The notes under the pieces are model-generated. The model saw nothing but the letters and a program-made list of their open reading frames with translations, searched no databases and had not been told where the DNA came from. The position numbers and the translations under genes are program-made. A stretch of DNA of 64,000 nt from Octopus vulgaris. Lineage: Eukaryota. Where the stretch lies: positions 66,836,001 to 66,900,000 of the forward strand of contig OX597814.1 in assembly GCA_951406725.2 (NCBI GenBank), written 5' to 3'. This document shows, one piece after another, positions 27,222-40,495 of this stretch (positions within the stretch are counted from its first letter, which is position 1; each line of letters opens with the position of its first letter).

Positions 27222-28941
27222 TTCTCCCTCCATCTCTCGCCCCCTTTCTCTTATTCACTCTCTCTCTCAATTGTTTGCTCTCTCATTCTCTCTCTCTCTC
27301 TCTCTTGGAATCACAGCTATACATGCATATATACATACGTACGTACATACATACAGGTATGCATACATACATACATACATACATACATACATACATACAT
27401 ACATACATACATGCTTACATACTTACATGCATACATACATGCAGGTATCCATACATACATGTATACATAATACAAAAATACATACATACATATCGCTCGC
27501 CCTCGCTGACAATTAGTGCTTTCCTTTCACTTTCGGTCGGTGCCATTTGTTTCCCTTTGTCCCTATTATCTCCAACTACCGACGCAACCACTTTTACAAC
27601 TAACAAGGGAGTTTCTACGCGATTACTTGAACTGCTAGTGCAGCACCCAAATGTGCCCCAAAATACGGCTGTTACCCTCAAAAAAGAAGGACAGTGAGTA
27701 CGCTATACTGAAAACAAACAGGGATAGTCAAGAATGAATGTCTTTGATCGTGTTCTGTTTTACAAAGACCGACCTTGGGTTTAAGCAACAACAGATTTTT
27801 TTACCACCACCACCATCACCACCACCACTACCACAACTTTTCCTTCAGATACCACAACTCTATAGCATATAGCTTACATTGTTCATCTCCAAGCTCGGAA
27901 ACAACTACATGATCACACACACACAAACACACATGTACGAAATCTACCAGATTTGAGGGGAAGGGTTCGTCAGTTAACTCATCCTCACTATTTGAAATGG
28001 AAACCAGAGCGTGAAATACCATAACTAAATACTGTAAGTATAATAATTGTTCCTAATATAGGTACAAATCCTAAAATTTGGTGAAGGAAGCGTGGGAGTA
28101 GTCGATTCTTATCAATCCCAGATTTTAATTATTGCTTTATTTTATCGACTCTGTGTGTAGCAGCTGGATTGTCTACATTGGACGCTGAGCTTTAAAGTTT
28201 TCTTCTGAACGCCCTCTACAGGACACATTTCTGGTATAACTTTGTGGTCTTACGGGATCACGAGGACAGCATGTCTGAGCCATCTCACCTGATCACATAA
28301 CGCCAAATGTTACTTTTGTGCTTATCACTCACCATTATTTTGCCACAAAGCCAGAAATCGACATTGCCGACATCACTCATCGTGATCTTGAGTTCCTCTT
28401 TCTACAAAACCAGCAAGTGAGCAGGTGGATTGCCTAATATTAGTAATTTTGCACCTTAATTACTCCGTCTCTCGGTGAGGGATATTTCACTAAAACTATC
28501 TGCAAGGTCTGTCTCCAATTCCCGTTTGGATTGGACCAGAAGAACCCGTTGTCTTTCTCAAGTCAGAAGTACGTTACCTTTCTCCTCTCGCGGGCCTCTG
28601 TAACAGATTATGGAAAACTGACACCAATTCGATGTTTCTAACATTCGAACTTTCGGGGAAAATGTTTCGTTTCGAGAGTTTTCAGTTGAATAAAGCATTA
28701 ACAAAAAGCACTTTTTCGTTGTTCGTATTTACACCCGAAGCAGTACGTACGTGCATACTCCTGTTGTTGTTGACAAGATTATTTCTCAGTTGAGATAAAT
28801 GTTATTAATATTTTTCTTACAATTAAATTTTGCATGCTGTTTTTCGGTTGGTTTCTGCGTGTGAAACATTATTTTGTACATTTTCAGTTTTTTTCTTTGG
28901 GAATGAGACGTGAAATGTTTATGGCCATCAGCAGCGAATAA

Positions 28942-28990
<49 letters not shown>

Positions 28991-29436
28991 TTCTACTATA
29001 GGCACAAGGCCTGAACTTTTCGGTGAGGTAGTTAGTCGATTACGTCGACCGGAGTGCTCCACTGGTATTTATGTTATGGCTCCGAAAGGATGAAAGGCTA
29101 AGCCGACCTCACCGGAATTTGTACTCAGAAGGTGAAAACGGACGAAATGTCGCTCAGTACTTTGCCAGCTCGCCGCCTCAAATAATAAATGTAATAATAA
29201 CAATCAGTCTTTTTTCATCAACCATCACACCCTCAAAACTCAAGCGTTTATTAAATATGGAGAGAAATAAAAGGATTTGTCACGACAAGGGCTGTTTAAA
29301 AAAATACGAAATATTTAAAAGTAGTAACTGAAATGTACAAAAATTATGAAAGTACATAATACCACCTCCCGCGCGTGCGCGCGCACACACATGCACACAC
29401 GCATATATATATATACCGGTATATAGAAAGACAGAC

Positions 29437-29521
<85 letters not shown>

Positions 29522-29842
29522 CATAGACGCATCCATACGTAGATGCATCCATACGTACATACATACATGTGCTTGTCTGTGGGTGCATAGGAATGTATAT
29601 ATGTGTGTGTGTGTGTACAAATACATATATACAGAGACACACACACACACACAGGCAGCTATAAATTTACCTAAGTAACTCGAGGGCCGAGCGTTTTGTG
29701 TGTTATACTTATCAAACTTGCACTTCCCAAGTGCAACTCACGAAATTCATTTTACTTCTCCCTACATCACCCCTCGCTCCCCTCACAGTCTTTCTTGACT
29801 TTCTCGTATTCTCTTTAAAGCAGCCATAACATTAGCCTCTAT

Positions 29843-30259
29843 AGCATTGGTTCTCAATCATTTTTTGCCTATGGAACCCTCTGATTCCTATTTTACTGTA
29901 TGGACCGCCATAGTTATTCGATTTCTTTGAAAAAAAAAACTTTCTACTTTATTTTTATGATTAAATATTATAAGGAATTGTCTAAAAACAAGATTAAAAT
30001 ATTTTGTGCATTGTATAAGTATATGCAATTTATTTATCTTTTATCTTCTACCTGTTTCAGTCTTTCGATCGCGGTCATGTTGGGGCACCGCCTTGAAGAA
30101 TTTTTAGCTGAATGAATCGACCCCAGGACTTTATTTTGTTAAACCTGGTACTTATTCTATTCTTCTTTTTCGCTGAACGGCTAAGTTTCGGCGATGTAAA
30201 CACACCAACACCAGTTTTGAAGCAGTGGGGAATGGGCAGACACAGACACAGATACGCAT

Positions 30260-30335
<76 letters not shown>

Positions 30336-30615
30336 ATGTATGTATATATGTATATGTGTATGTGTGTGTATGTATGTATGTATATATATATATACGACGG
30401 GCTTTCAGTTTCCGCCTACCAAATCCACTCACAAGACTTTGGTCGGCCTGAGGCTAAAGTAGAAATCATCTACCCAAGGTGTCACACAGTGGGACTGAAC
30501 AAGGAACCATATGGTTGGAAAGCGAAGTTTTTACCACACAGTCATTTTAACAACCAAGTCATGTATGGAGCCCCAAGGGCTTTATGAAACCTGGGTGAGA
30601 TCCGCCGTTCTATTG
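29843..30615 (+). mobile_element. hAT-like MITE split by a SINE B insertion
   Basis: 29843-30030 and 30545-30615 align with the two halves of 39015-39272. Confidence 0.65.
30035..30545 (-). mobile_element. tRNA-derived SINE family B (CORE-like domain, internal microsatellite)
   Basis: Minus head tgactgtgtggtaa...gttcagtcccactgtgtgacaccttggg, an internal microsatellite and a 3' module homologous to 32240-32430. Confidence 0.85.
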
Positions 30616-31843
30616 CTACTCTATCTAGATATGCTAGACTTTTAAATCCTCTAAGCAAATCAGTTCGTTGTAATTTTTTATTCTCCAAACTTCTGTAGAC
30701 AAACAATTCCCCGCAAATACCTCTGTGATTGTTCATAGTTTTTCTATCTTGGGTATTCTACGTATGTTTCTTTTTACTTTCATTGTGAATATACATTGTT
30801 GCACAACACTGCTACTAATTTAGTTGCTGCTAGTGTGCACAGTAATAAAGAAGTAACGATGAACGAATTATACAATAAATGAACGAAACTTGAAGAAATA
30901 AATATTTGAAGAGAATAACAGCGAAAATGTCACGATGAATTTTTTTGTTAAATATATAAAATGAAACTTCAAAGTTTCAATAAAATCTTTTATTGAAAGT
31001 TTTCAATTAAAAAAAGTCCTAATAGTTGTCGAAATGTTTCATATGACATATGGGGTTTGTGAAACAAAAAATTTAAGAAATATCAAAAAATAAGTGAAGT
31101 TTGATCAAAATCTGCAGAGATATTTGCTTCATATTTAGGTGGACTGTCACTAAATTTGAAGCTAGAGTTTGTTGCAGTGGATAAAACGTGCAACAAATAA
31201 AACACTTGGTGGACGTTGCACAATCCACCTGGCGTTATATTCCGCTCTAATCAGAAGTCTTTTACATTTCAGCTTGTAAACGCATGAGAAAATTTGATAA
31301 TTTGTGTCGGTAATTATGAATGGGCACAAATGACAAAGATACGTAAGAGAGACAAATCAAATAAGAATTTAACTAGTGTCAGCTCTCACACTGTGATTCT
31401 TGGCAGTTTCGATATTTTTATATAGATTAACATTCAAGAATCTAAGTGTGTTTTATTCTTCCGCATCGTACTTATTTGTCTTGTCTCGTATTATTTATAC
31501 CATAATTGGTATAATTTTTTGTCTTTGCCCAAATCGTTAGTATTAACCTTATTTCTCCCATTTCCTTGCCTTTTCACCGCCTCACTAGCTGAGACTCTAC
31601 TAAAATGGTTTTGCGTCTCATCCTGACTGCAGTCGTAGTCTAGTAACCATATCCAACTATGTCCGGGCGTTATTAAGGCAGAGGTTCTACATGAAGATAT
31701 CGAAACTACCAAGAATTTAAGCATGGGAACTGATGCTGGTTAAATTCTTATTTGTTCTGTTTCTGTTACATATCTTTATCATTTGTACCCATTCATAATT
31801 ACCGGCAGAAAGAGTCAATTTACTCACACGATGGACTTCATTG

Positions 31844-31880
<37 letters not shown>

Positions 31881-32451
31881 TACATCGGTCCATCGAGTGA
31901 TGATACTAATTCTTCTTCATTTGTGAAGTTTTGAATAACAACTGAAAAGAAAATGTTTATTTCAAATAAATACTATTTACTTCGTCATTTTTATACTTAT
32001 ATATGTATATATACATGCATACTTATATGTGCATATATACATGCATACAGACACACACACACTAACGCACGTACACACACACACACACTCACACTCACAC
32101 AAACACATACATACACAAAAGAAAACTGACCATATTTTTTTTAATATACGTATAAATTATAAACATATTTTAAATATGCTAATGAGAGATTGGCTTTGGG
32201 TGCTACTTAGTCTTCTGCATATAAAGCGTAAATATAGAACTCTTTTACTCTTTTACTTGTTTCAGTCATTTGACTGCGGCCGTGATGGAGCACCGCCTTT
32301 ACTCGAGCAAATAGACCCTGTTCTTTGTAAGCCTAATACTTATTCTATCGGAGTCTTTGCTGAACTACTAAGTTACGGGGACGTAAACACACCAACACCA
32401 GTTGTCAAGCGGCAATTGTGGACACACAATAACACAAGGACACACACACAC

Positions 32452-32499
<48 letters not shown>

Positions 32500-32501
<2 letters not shown>

Positions 32502-32835
32502 GGAGATTTACTTGCATAGCAAGTGATTTGATCTGAGATCGTGTGCTGAAACGAAAATAATTGCAGCGTGGAAGGTGTTTGTAAGCCATTTAAGAAACGC
32601 ACCAAAGCCGTTCGATTCACTTCAACATTTAAGTTTAATTTGTCAAAATATTTTCGTCGCTTTAAGACCGCGACCTGTTCACTGACAAAAATCCGTGCAG
32701 CACGGATTTTTGTCAGTGAACAGGTCGCGGTCTTAAAGCGACGAAAATATTTTGACAAATTAAACTTAAATGTTGAAGTGAATCGAACGGCTTTGGTGCG
32801 TTTCTTAAATGGCTTACAAACACCTTCCCGCTGCA

Positions 32836-32840
<5 letters not shown>
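32500..32840. mobile_element. Fold-back element in (TA)n: 140/139-bp inverted arms centred at 32699
   Basis: 32559-32698 is the reverse complement of 32700-32838 with one indel. Confidence 0.9.
32709..32759 (+). ncRNA. Minimal type I hammerhead variant (G3-C8); mirror copy at 32639-32689 (-)
   Basis: tttgtca-GTGAACA-g-gtcgc-ggtcttaaa-gcgac-GAAA-atat-TT-tgacaaa. Stem I is 7 bp, stem II is 5 bp and stem III is the palindrome AATATT. Confidence 0.7.
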
Positions 32841-32888
<48 letters not shown>

Positions 32889-32891
<3 letters not shown>

Positions 32892-33074
32892 AGAGTTTAC
32901 GAAAAAAAACAAAAGACGAAGACAAGGTGGTGTACAAAACAAACAGATGTATTAGTATAACGCTCGGGAATAGAAAAAGTCTTTTAGGCTTCGAGCCTAT
33001 GCTTTTCTACAGAAAGGGACACAGAAAAAACAAGGAGAGAAAAAATGTGTGTAGTGGCTAACGATCTATCATGG

Positions 33075-33077
<3 letters not shown>
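32889..33077 (-). mobile_element. ~190-bp microsatellite-embedded element, family C, with hammerhead-like motif at 32981-33016
   Basis: Minus: cttt-CTGTAGA-a-aagc-atag-gctc-GAAG-cc-TA-aaag; homologous to 37160-37336. Confidence 0.65.
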
Positions 33078-33128
<51 letters not shown>

Positions 33129-33900
33129 GACAGGCGTCTTTCAGTTTCTCTCCACCAAATCCACTCTCAAAGTTTTTGCTGGCCGAGGCCATAGTAGAAG
33201 ACATCGAAGGTGCCACGCAGTGGAATTGAACCTGGAACCATGTTGTTGGGAAGCAAGGTTCTTACCACACAGCTACATCTGCGCCTAAAGTATGTATGTG
33301 TGTATGTAAGTACTCATGCATGTATGCATGTATCCATGTACGTCAGGTTAGTCTTAGTGCTACTAGTAACATATAATCCAGTACTTGTCGCACGGTGGGA
33401 CCAATGGTGACTTAAACCGACAAATTTACCAAACCCACTGGGTAAGGGGTGGGGTCATTGGAGACCTTACAGGATGAAAAATGAAATGTCAAAGGATCGT
33501 TGTACTCAGTATGGTGAACGGTCATCCAACAGCTAGAGTCTTTGTTTAGACAACTCTCTAGATGAAGGAAATTCTAATATAACACCTGCTTCATTACGAA
33601 GGCGGAAATATTGCTCTTGATTGTTTCTGGACGTTTTGGTTTTGTAAGTGAGATATTTTTTTGGCGGTGTTTCAGCACGAGCATTGTTGACAGCAATTGT
33701 CTTTAATATCTAGGATAAGATTTTGTCAGTGCTGGCCACAGTCGTTTACAAGTTGATGGCCACCATGCATATATTTATGTATGCGCGTTTACGCATACAT
33801 AGGCTCTATGAAATTTCTGTGAATACGTATTGAGCATTGTTTTTACCAAAAACGAAATAATTCAGCTATTAACCTCGCTTTTACATCTCTCTCACACACA

Positions 33901-33970
<70 letters not shown>

Positions 33971-35158
33971 GACGCATACAGGAATACACCACACTCTCAA
34001 AGACAACATGTCTCTGCATGCATTTGTGGAGATGCGCGAGCGCGAGCGTGTGTGCATGTATGTGCGCGCGCGTGTACTCCGTCTGTTGCTCTATATTTTG
34101 ACGATCCACTATAGTAACACAACGATTACTACTTCTGACATTACTTTATGGAGATAACACAGTGGATCAGATTAATTCTTACACTTGACTGGTCCATATT
34201 TATCCACTCAGAAGGATAAGAGATTAATTCCATCTCGGCGATATTTCAATTCTAGTAGTAAAGCAAGACGGTTTTTCTAAACCTCTGCTTAATTTCTCAC
34301 TTCATAATGATAATTTCCAATGAAGGTACAACAGGGCCGTATATTTCTTTTTGTGGGCGAAGAAAAGGTAACTGTTTTGATAAATCTCATCACTTCACTG
34401 AGTCTTATTTTGGCGAACCCAAGTATAAAAGTCAAAGTAAATTTTAACGGTATTGGACCCGAGAATTTCAAGGGACTTAACTCAATTTGGTAAGGCGTTG
34501 TATCCGTCGCATAACGGATACTGCAATCTACGCCCTTCCTCTCGCGACCGAATGGTATAAATAGCGGAAATAAAGAGAAATAACTCAGGCTGGTGATATT
34601 GACAAATATGCCGCTGAGATATGTCAGAGTAACAAGTGATTTTGTTGGGATTTTGTTTTCCGTTTGAAAATAAAAGAATAAATAAATAATTGGATAACGG
34701 TTGAGAGTGGAAGCTGAGAGCAAAAGTAAGGGGGTTGTTCTTATATGCCCTGCTGTCCTTCTCTCATCAGCATCCTCTCCTCTCAACGTGATTTACCCTC
34801 TTTCCCGAAATAGTTCGCCTTAACCTATTCCACCTCCCCCACCACTACCACCACCCCAACCCTCATTCCTACTATCCACCACATCATCACCCTCCTCCCA
34901 CCCCTTCCACTCTCCCTTTCATCCCATAAACCCGCATCATGTTCAAGATAAGGTGAAGTGAATTTCTTCTCTCTCTTCCTATATCTCCCCCTCTCTCTCT
35001 TTTCACAAACACACACACATATTTAGAAACATACATATGTACACGCGTGTACATGCGTGTGTACTCTCCTACTGTCCATCACCCCAACCGATTCAAAAAC
35101 TTTCCAAATAGTTGTGAAAGAGATAGAGAGATAATACGCGCCCACATACGCACGCACG

Positions 35159-35219
<61 letters not shown>

Positions 35220-36410
35220 GCCGTCTTACACTTTCTGTCTCAATTTCCCGTCCATTTTGTCTTTACTTGCTTCTTCCTCGTTCTCTCGCTTTCCACATCT
35301 GCTCACTATCTTACTTCGTACCTTCAATCCACTTTATCTGTCTTAGTACCCTTTTCTTTAATGCTTTCTATATGCACTCACTAGCGTACATGTACACACA
35401 CGTACACACACGTACACATACGCACATCCACTCATTTAAATAGTTATGACTATAGTATCATAAAATAAATGTCTATACTATATGTGTATTATATGAGTGT
35501 GTCTGTACTATATTATACACATGCGCGCGCACATATGAATGTGTGTATGCGTGCGAGTATGCGTGCGCGTTTGTATTAAAAAATTAGTCTACAATAATTT
35601 TCGGTTTATAATTCCTAATATAGCATGCGTGTATGAGAATCCAAAATATTCCGATTTCGACCTATTTACGTGCCATTCAACTCAGTGGCACGAGAAAGGC
35701 AAATGCTATCTAGACCCTGTTCATCGAACCCAATATTGATGACCATTCTCTCCTCCATTTGTGCATCTTTTAATGTCTGTGCATTCCAGTCCTTTATGCT
35801 ATAGCTTCGGTTGCACACGGTACATGTACAAATTTGTTCAGAAAAGCCAGGTGTGACTCATGTTCAATGTTCTTTTATCGCTTTGTGCTTTTCTCATCCA
35901 TATCAAATCCCTTTCAACAGTAAGCCTGTCAAAGTGAGCAGCAGGTAGCGATCTCTTCCAGAAAGGAAGAGAAGGGTAGCGCCGCTCTTTTTTCTTTTTA
36001 AAGCTTTTCTGGGATACGTGAGTCAGACATATCCGAGCGGGTTGATGCCTAGGTAATCAACGACTCTAATGTTCTGTTCGACAGAGAATTTCTGTCGTTG
36101 ACAATGAAGCGCTGCCTAGGTATCCGAATTAAGAGGGTATGGCTACTTGTTCTTGTTGCTTTTGTTGAAAGAAAGAAGCCATAGAGAGGATGGTGAAGTA
36201 TGCCGCTCATAGATTACCTCAGTTCTGTCATTAGTTGTAACGGCACATGTACATAGTACGTGTGTGTGTGAGTGTGCATGCATACACATTTATATATATA
36301 TATATATATATATAAATATATGGCGGTGCCCCAGCATGGCCACAGCTCATTAGCTGAAACTGGAAAAATCAAAATCAAATCATATATATATACATACACA
36401 CATAAATATA

Positions 36411-36813
<403 letters not shown>

Positions 36814-37076
36814 GTATACATATATTTCTCTTAGGCATTGCGATACAAACAACCTGGTATAGAAATAAATATACATATGCTTTAGAACGAAGCGTTAGTC
36901 GAGTACAGAGAGGTAATAAGAAAGTAAGAGGATAAAGGAATAAATGATTATCTATTGAACTCCATTAGCTTACAGCTGTTTCTGCTATAGGATGCAGTGG
37001 GCTGATACTTGACTGCCTGAATAACTCCTTATAGCTACAATCGAAGCTTCAAATATTCCTTCGTCATCTCATTTTC

Positions 37077-37141
<65 letters not shown>

Positions 37142-37159
37142 CTCGCGCGCGCCCGTATG

Positions 37160-37336
37160 TGTGTGCGTGTTTTTTTCTTTGTTCTCTGTCCATTTTATAC
37201 CTCACAACACTTTCTGTCGAAGTGCGTAGGTTCGAAACGTCAAAAATTTTACTATTCTTCCCGAGCGTCAAACTAATACACCTGTTAGCTGTTCCCTCAC
37301 CTATCTTTGTCTTTTTCTTTCTGTAAATTTGAACTA
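37160..37336 (+). mobile_element. Family C element with hammerhead-like motif at 37211-37244
   Basis: ttt-CTGTCGA-a-gtgc-gtag-gttc-GAAA-cg-TC-aaa; ends at tatata. Confidence 0.7.
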
Positions 37337-37382
37337 TATATAAATATATGTGTGTATGTGTATACATTTACATGTATATATA

Positions 37383-37413
<31 letters not shown>

Positions 37414-37480
37414 CATACATACATACATACATACATACATACATACATGCATGCATGCATGCATATACACACATGCATAC

Positions 37481-37900
37481 CCTCTGAGAACCCAATAAGG
37501 TTCGAAAATCGATTAAGGTTTTCTTCATTTTTTTCAGCCTGTGGAGAAATGGTTAAAAATTTGCCCTGCTTATACCGTATGTTACATATTTATCATTATA
37601 CTTTGATACTGTGTGGACTAAGATCTTGGTTGACAGGCCGCTGGTATATACAGTGTTAAACACTTTCGGTGTGCAAATTAGGGACACCTTCATAGAGTAA
37701 CTGCTGCATTTGTTGAGTATATAAACAGTTTGGCTGCTTGTTTCTCTGGAGACTGTCAAAATGATGTAGACGCCTCTGATAAGAATCCAATAAGGTTCGA
37801 AAATTGATTAAGGTTGGGGTTTTTTTCAGTCTGCGGAGAAATGGCTAAAAATTTGCATGGTTTGTAATTATACCATATGTGACATATATATACACTTTTA
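37481..37900 (+). mobile_element. Retrozyme-like partial tandem, 295-bp period, each repeat starting with a minimal hammerhead
   Basis: Direct repeat 37481-37614 vs 37773-37898; HHRs at 37481-37518 and 37773-37813. Confidence 0.75.
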
Positions 37901-38130
37901 AGCAAACAACCTTGGCGCGAACAAAATGGAAATCTTCGTGTCAAAATGGTATGATACTTTGTTTCAAAACAACTTTAATAGGCTTATGGGGTGAGGCATA
38001 GGAGAAAACTGGCCGCAAATATAACGCCTGTACCAACCTCCAATCCTTATACTTGCAACATCTGTGGGCTTATTTGCAAATCGGTCACGGGACTCAAATG
38101 TTACATTCGACAGGAGCATTATGACTAACA
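37900..38130 (+). pseudogene. RTE-like LINE 3' relic
   Basis: TCNICGLICKSVTGLKCYIR, a degenerate C-terminal zinc finger. Confidence 0.45.
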
Positions 38131-38257
38131 AAGAAAATGTAGATTGTCGGATCCTAATATCTCGAAACCGACGGAGAGTCCATGTATATACATACATACA
38201 TACATACATACATAAGTTATATGTGTTTGTGTGTGTATCCTTGTGTGCATGTGTGTG

Positions 38258-38289
<32 letters not shown>

Positions 38290-38944
38290 CATACATACAC
38301 TCACATAAATGTACGTACATACATATATGATGATTATTACTCGATTTCGAGTAATGCCATCCCTTGGCTGTTCAGTGAAACATAAGCGGCAGTCTTTTCA
38401 GTATTGTTACGAACTTATTCTTTTGCATAGATGCAGTAACAATGGGTAGGTACTGTTATGTAAGACTCTCAGAAAAACTCTGAAGAGACTTTTATCAAGG
38501 TAAATTACATCCATCTTTGAACTAGAAGTTTCGCGTCGTATAGCTTATAGTAAGTCCTGTGCTTATTTGCAGGTAATACCTTCCTTCATGGTTACCTGCC
38601 AGTTTCCGTCTTTCCTCTGGATCGAGTGTAACCACGACGCACATGAGAGTTTAATATTCATTAGATAACATTAATAATACATAGCTCAAATCTAATACGT
38701 GGCACAGCACTAAAATGACGAGTAATGAAAGAACGATTTTAAGATACAAATCGGTAACTTAATGCAATTATCACCAATGCCACTAGCAGTAGGTGTTGCA
38801 GTATTGTTTCGGTGAAACTTCGTAAGACCTTTCAGTCTGCATCCTGGTACAAGTTTTTTTCTACACTAGTAGAGATGCTGTATAATGTATAATTAACAAC
38901 CTCCTTGTGTGTGTGTGTCTCAGTGTGTGCATGTGTGTATGTTT

Positions 38945-38983
<39 letters not shown>

Positions 38984-38989
38984 CTTTTC

Positions 38990-39620
38990 TAATGACTTCT
39001 GAGGCCTGCTTTACCAGTGGTTCTCAACCATTCTTTACTTATGCCCCCTACACACATACTTTGTTTCCTATTTTACTCTACTGGACCCCCATAGCCATTT
39101 GATGCTTAAAAATTTCTATTATATTTTTATAATTAAGCATTATTGTGTAAAAACAATTGTTAAAACATTTTGCATATTGTAGAAGTATAACCAATTTATT
39201 GCTCATAAATTTTAAGGAGAAAATTTTATATGGACCCCCAAGGACCATAAGGACCCCAGTTGAGAACCACTGACTGACAGACACCACACACACGTTACAT
39301 GTTAAATCAGGCTTTGCGTTAACATATTCAGGCATCTTAACGTTAATACCCTTACGAATATCTCTCCTGTGTTTTTCATGTTCGATAGGATTTCGTTCGA
39401 ACTTTCTCCTTCCATCATGCATTGCTTTCTTCCACAATGAACAATCTAAAGTGAGCTTTTCCCATCCATTCTCAAGATATTTATTTTCTGAAGTACATTT
39501 TTCGTGCGGTCTTGATAACGTAATTTCGATTTATGCGCTGGTCTTTTACTCTGGACCAACTCAAAATATACAAATCGCTTGGGGATCTGATCATCTTCCA
39601 TCCTAACCTCATAACGCTCC
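38990..39620 (-). pseudogene. RTE-like LINE 3' relic interrupted by a MITE
   Basis: Minus: IPKRFVYFELVQSKRPAHKSKLRYQD...WEKLTLD...LTCNVC, continuing as gtaaagcaggcctc (KAGL) past the MITE. Confidence 0.6.
39015..39272. mobile_element. hAT-like MITE
   Basis: TIRs cagtggttctcaac / gttgagaaccactg (14 bp); no clean 8-bp target-site duplication. Confidence 0.8.
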
Positions 39621-40495
39621 ATGGTGCTCGGTGCTGAGGTAAGAAGTACATTATATTGGTAGTCTAACTCCGTTCGGGGACTTCAACGCCACTTACATAT
39701 ATGTCTAACATCGGACACTCAGGACCCGGCGGAGACACTGATGAGGAAATCACTATAGACTTTTCATGTCTCGAAGAAGTAACCCTGGTCTCACGTGAAT
39801 AGGAATGAAAGCAAAGCACAAATAATCTAGACCTTCGACTTTGTCTCAGTTGAAATTCGGCGCCGAAACCATAAACATCTATGGTCTTTTCGAAACGCAT
39901 TACTAACTTTCTAGATTCGGAGGAAGAATTCATCTCTAAGAGTATTTTCATGTTTTCATATTTATCTACAATATCTCTCCAGACGTATGAATGTCTGGGT
40001 CAGAATACTTTGACTAGATCAAAATACACACACACAAACTCAGAAGCACACACATGCATTCATATTTATATGCATACACAAGCATAACACATACATACAT
40101 ACATACATACATACATACATACATACATACATACATACATACATACATACATGCGCGCACACTCACACACACACATTCACACACATACACACACTCACAC
40201 ACACACATATACATACTAACACGTACGCACAGAAAACTGTTACACTTACATTATTTTTTTCAATTGTGTTGTTTACTATGAAGTGTAAAATTGTTTCGTC
40301 GCTCTTAATGTCTAAGAAACTGACACAATTTCGCCGTTTCCGAGAGTGAATACAACAGCTTTATATATGTTTTATATGGCAAAAATGCCTATTACATGAT
40401 ATAATTGTTTTAGTCTCAACATACGTTCTCAGATTAAATCACTTGTCAAACAAGTACAAACTTCGTAATATATATATGTGCGTATATGATATATA

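Larger units (their letters stand above)
32240..33290 (-). mobile_element. SINE family B whose internal (TA)n hosts two hammerhead-bearing insertions
   Basis: 3' module at 32240-32430 and 5' module at 33126-33290 match 30035-30545. Confidence 0.85.

Noticed and set aside
31685-31716. atgaaga-tatc-gaaa motif
   Set aside because: No stem II or UH; likely chance.
32405-32960. Mirror-image 130-143 aa ORFs on both strands
   Set aside because: A by-product of the palindrome.
35645-35735. Hairpin cgtgcca/tggcacg next to a minus-strand GAAA
   Set aside because: Core and stem I could not be placed consistently.
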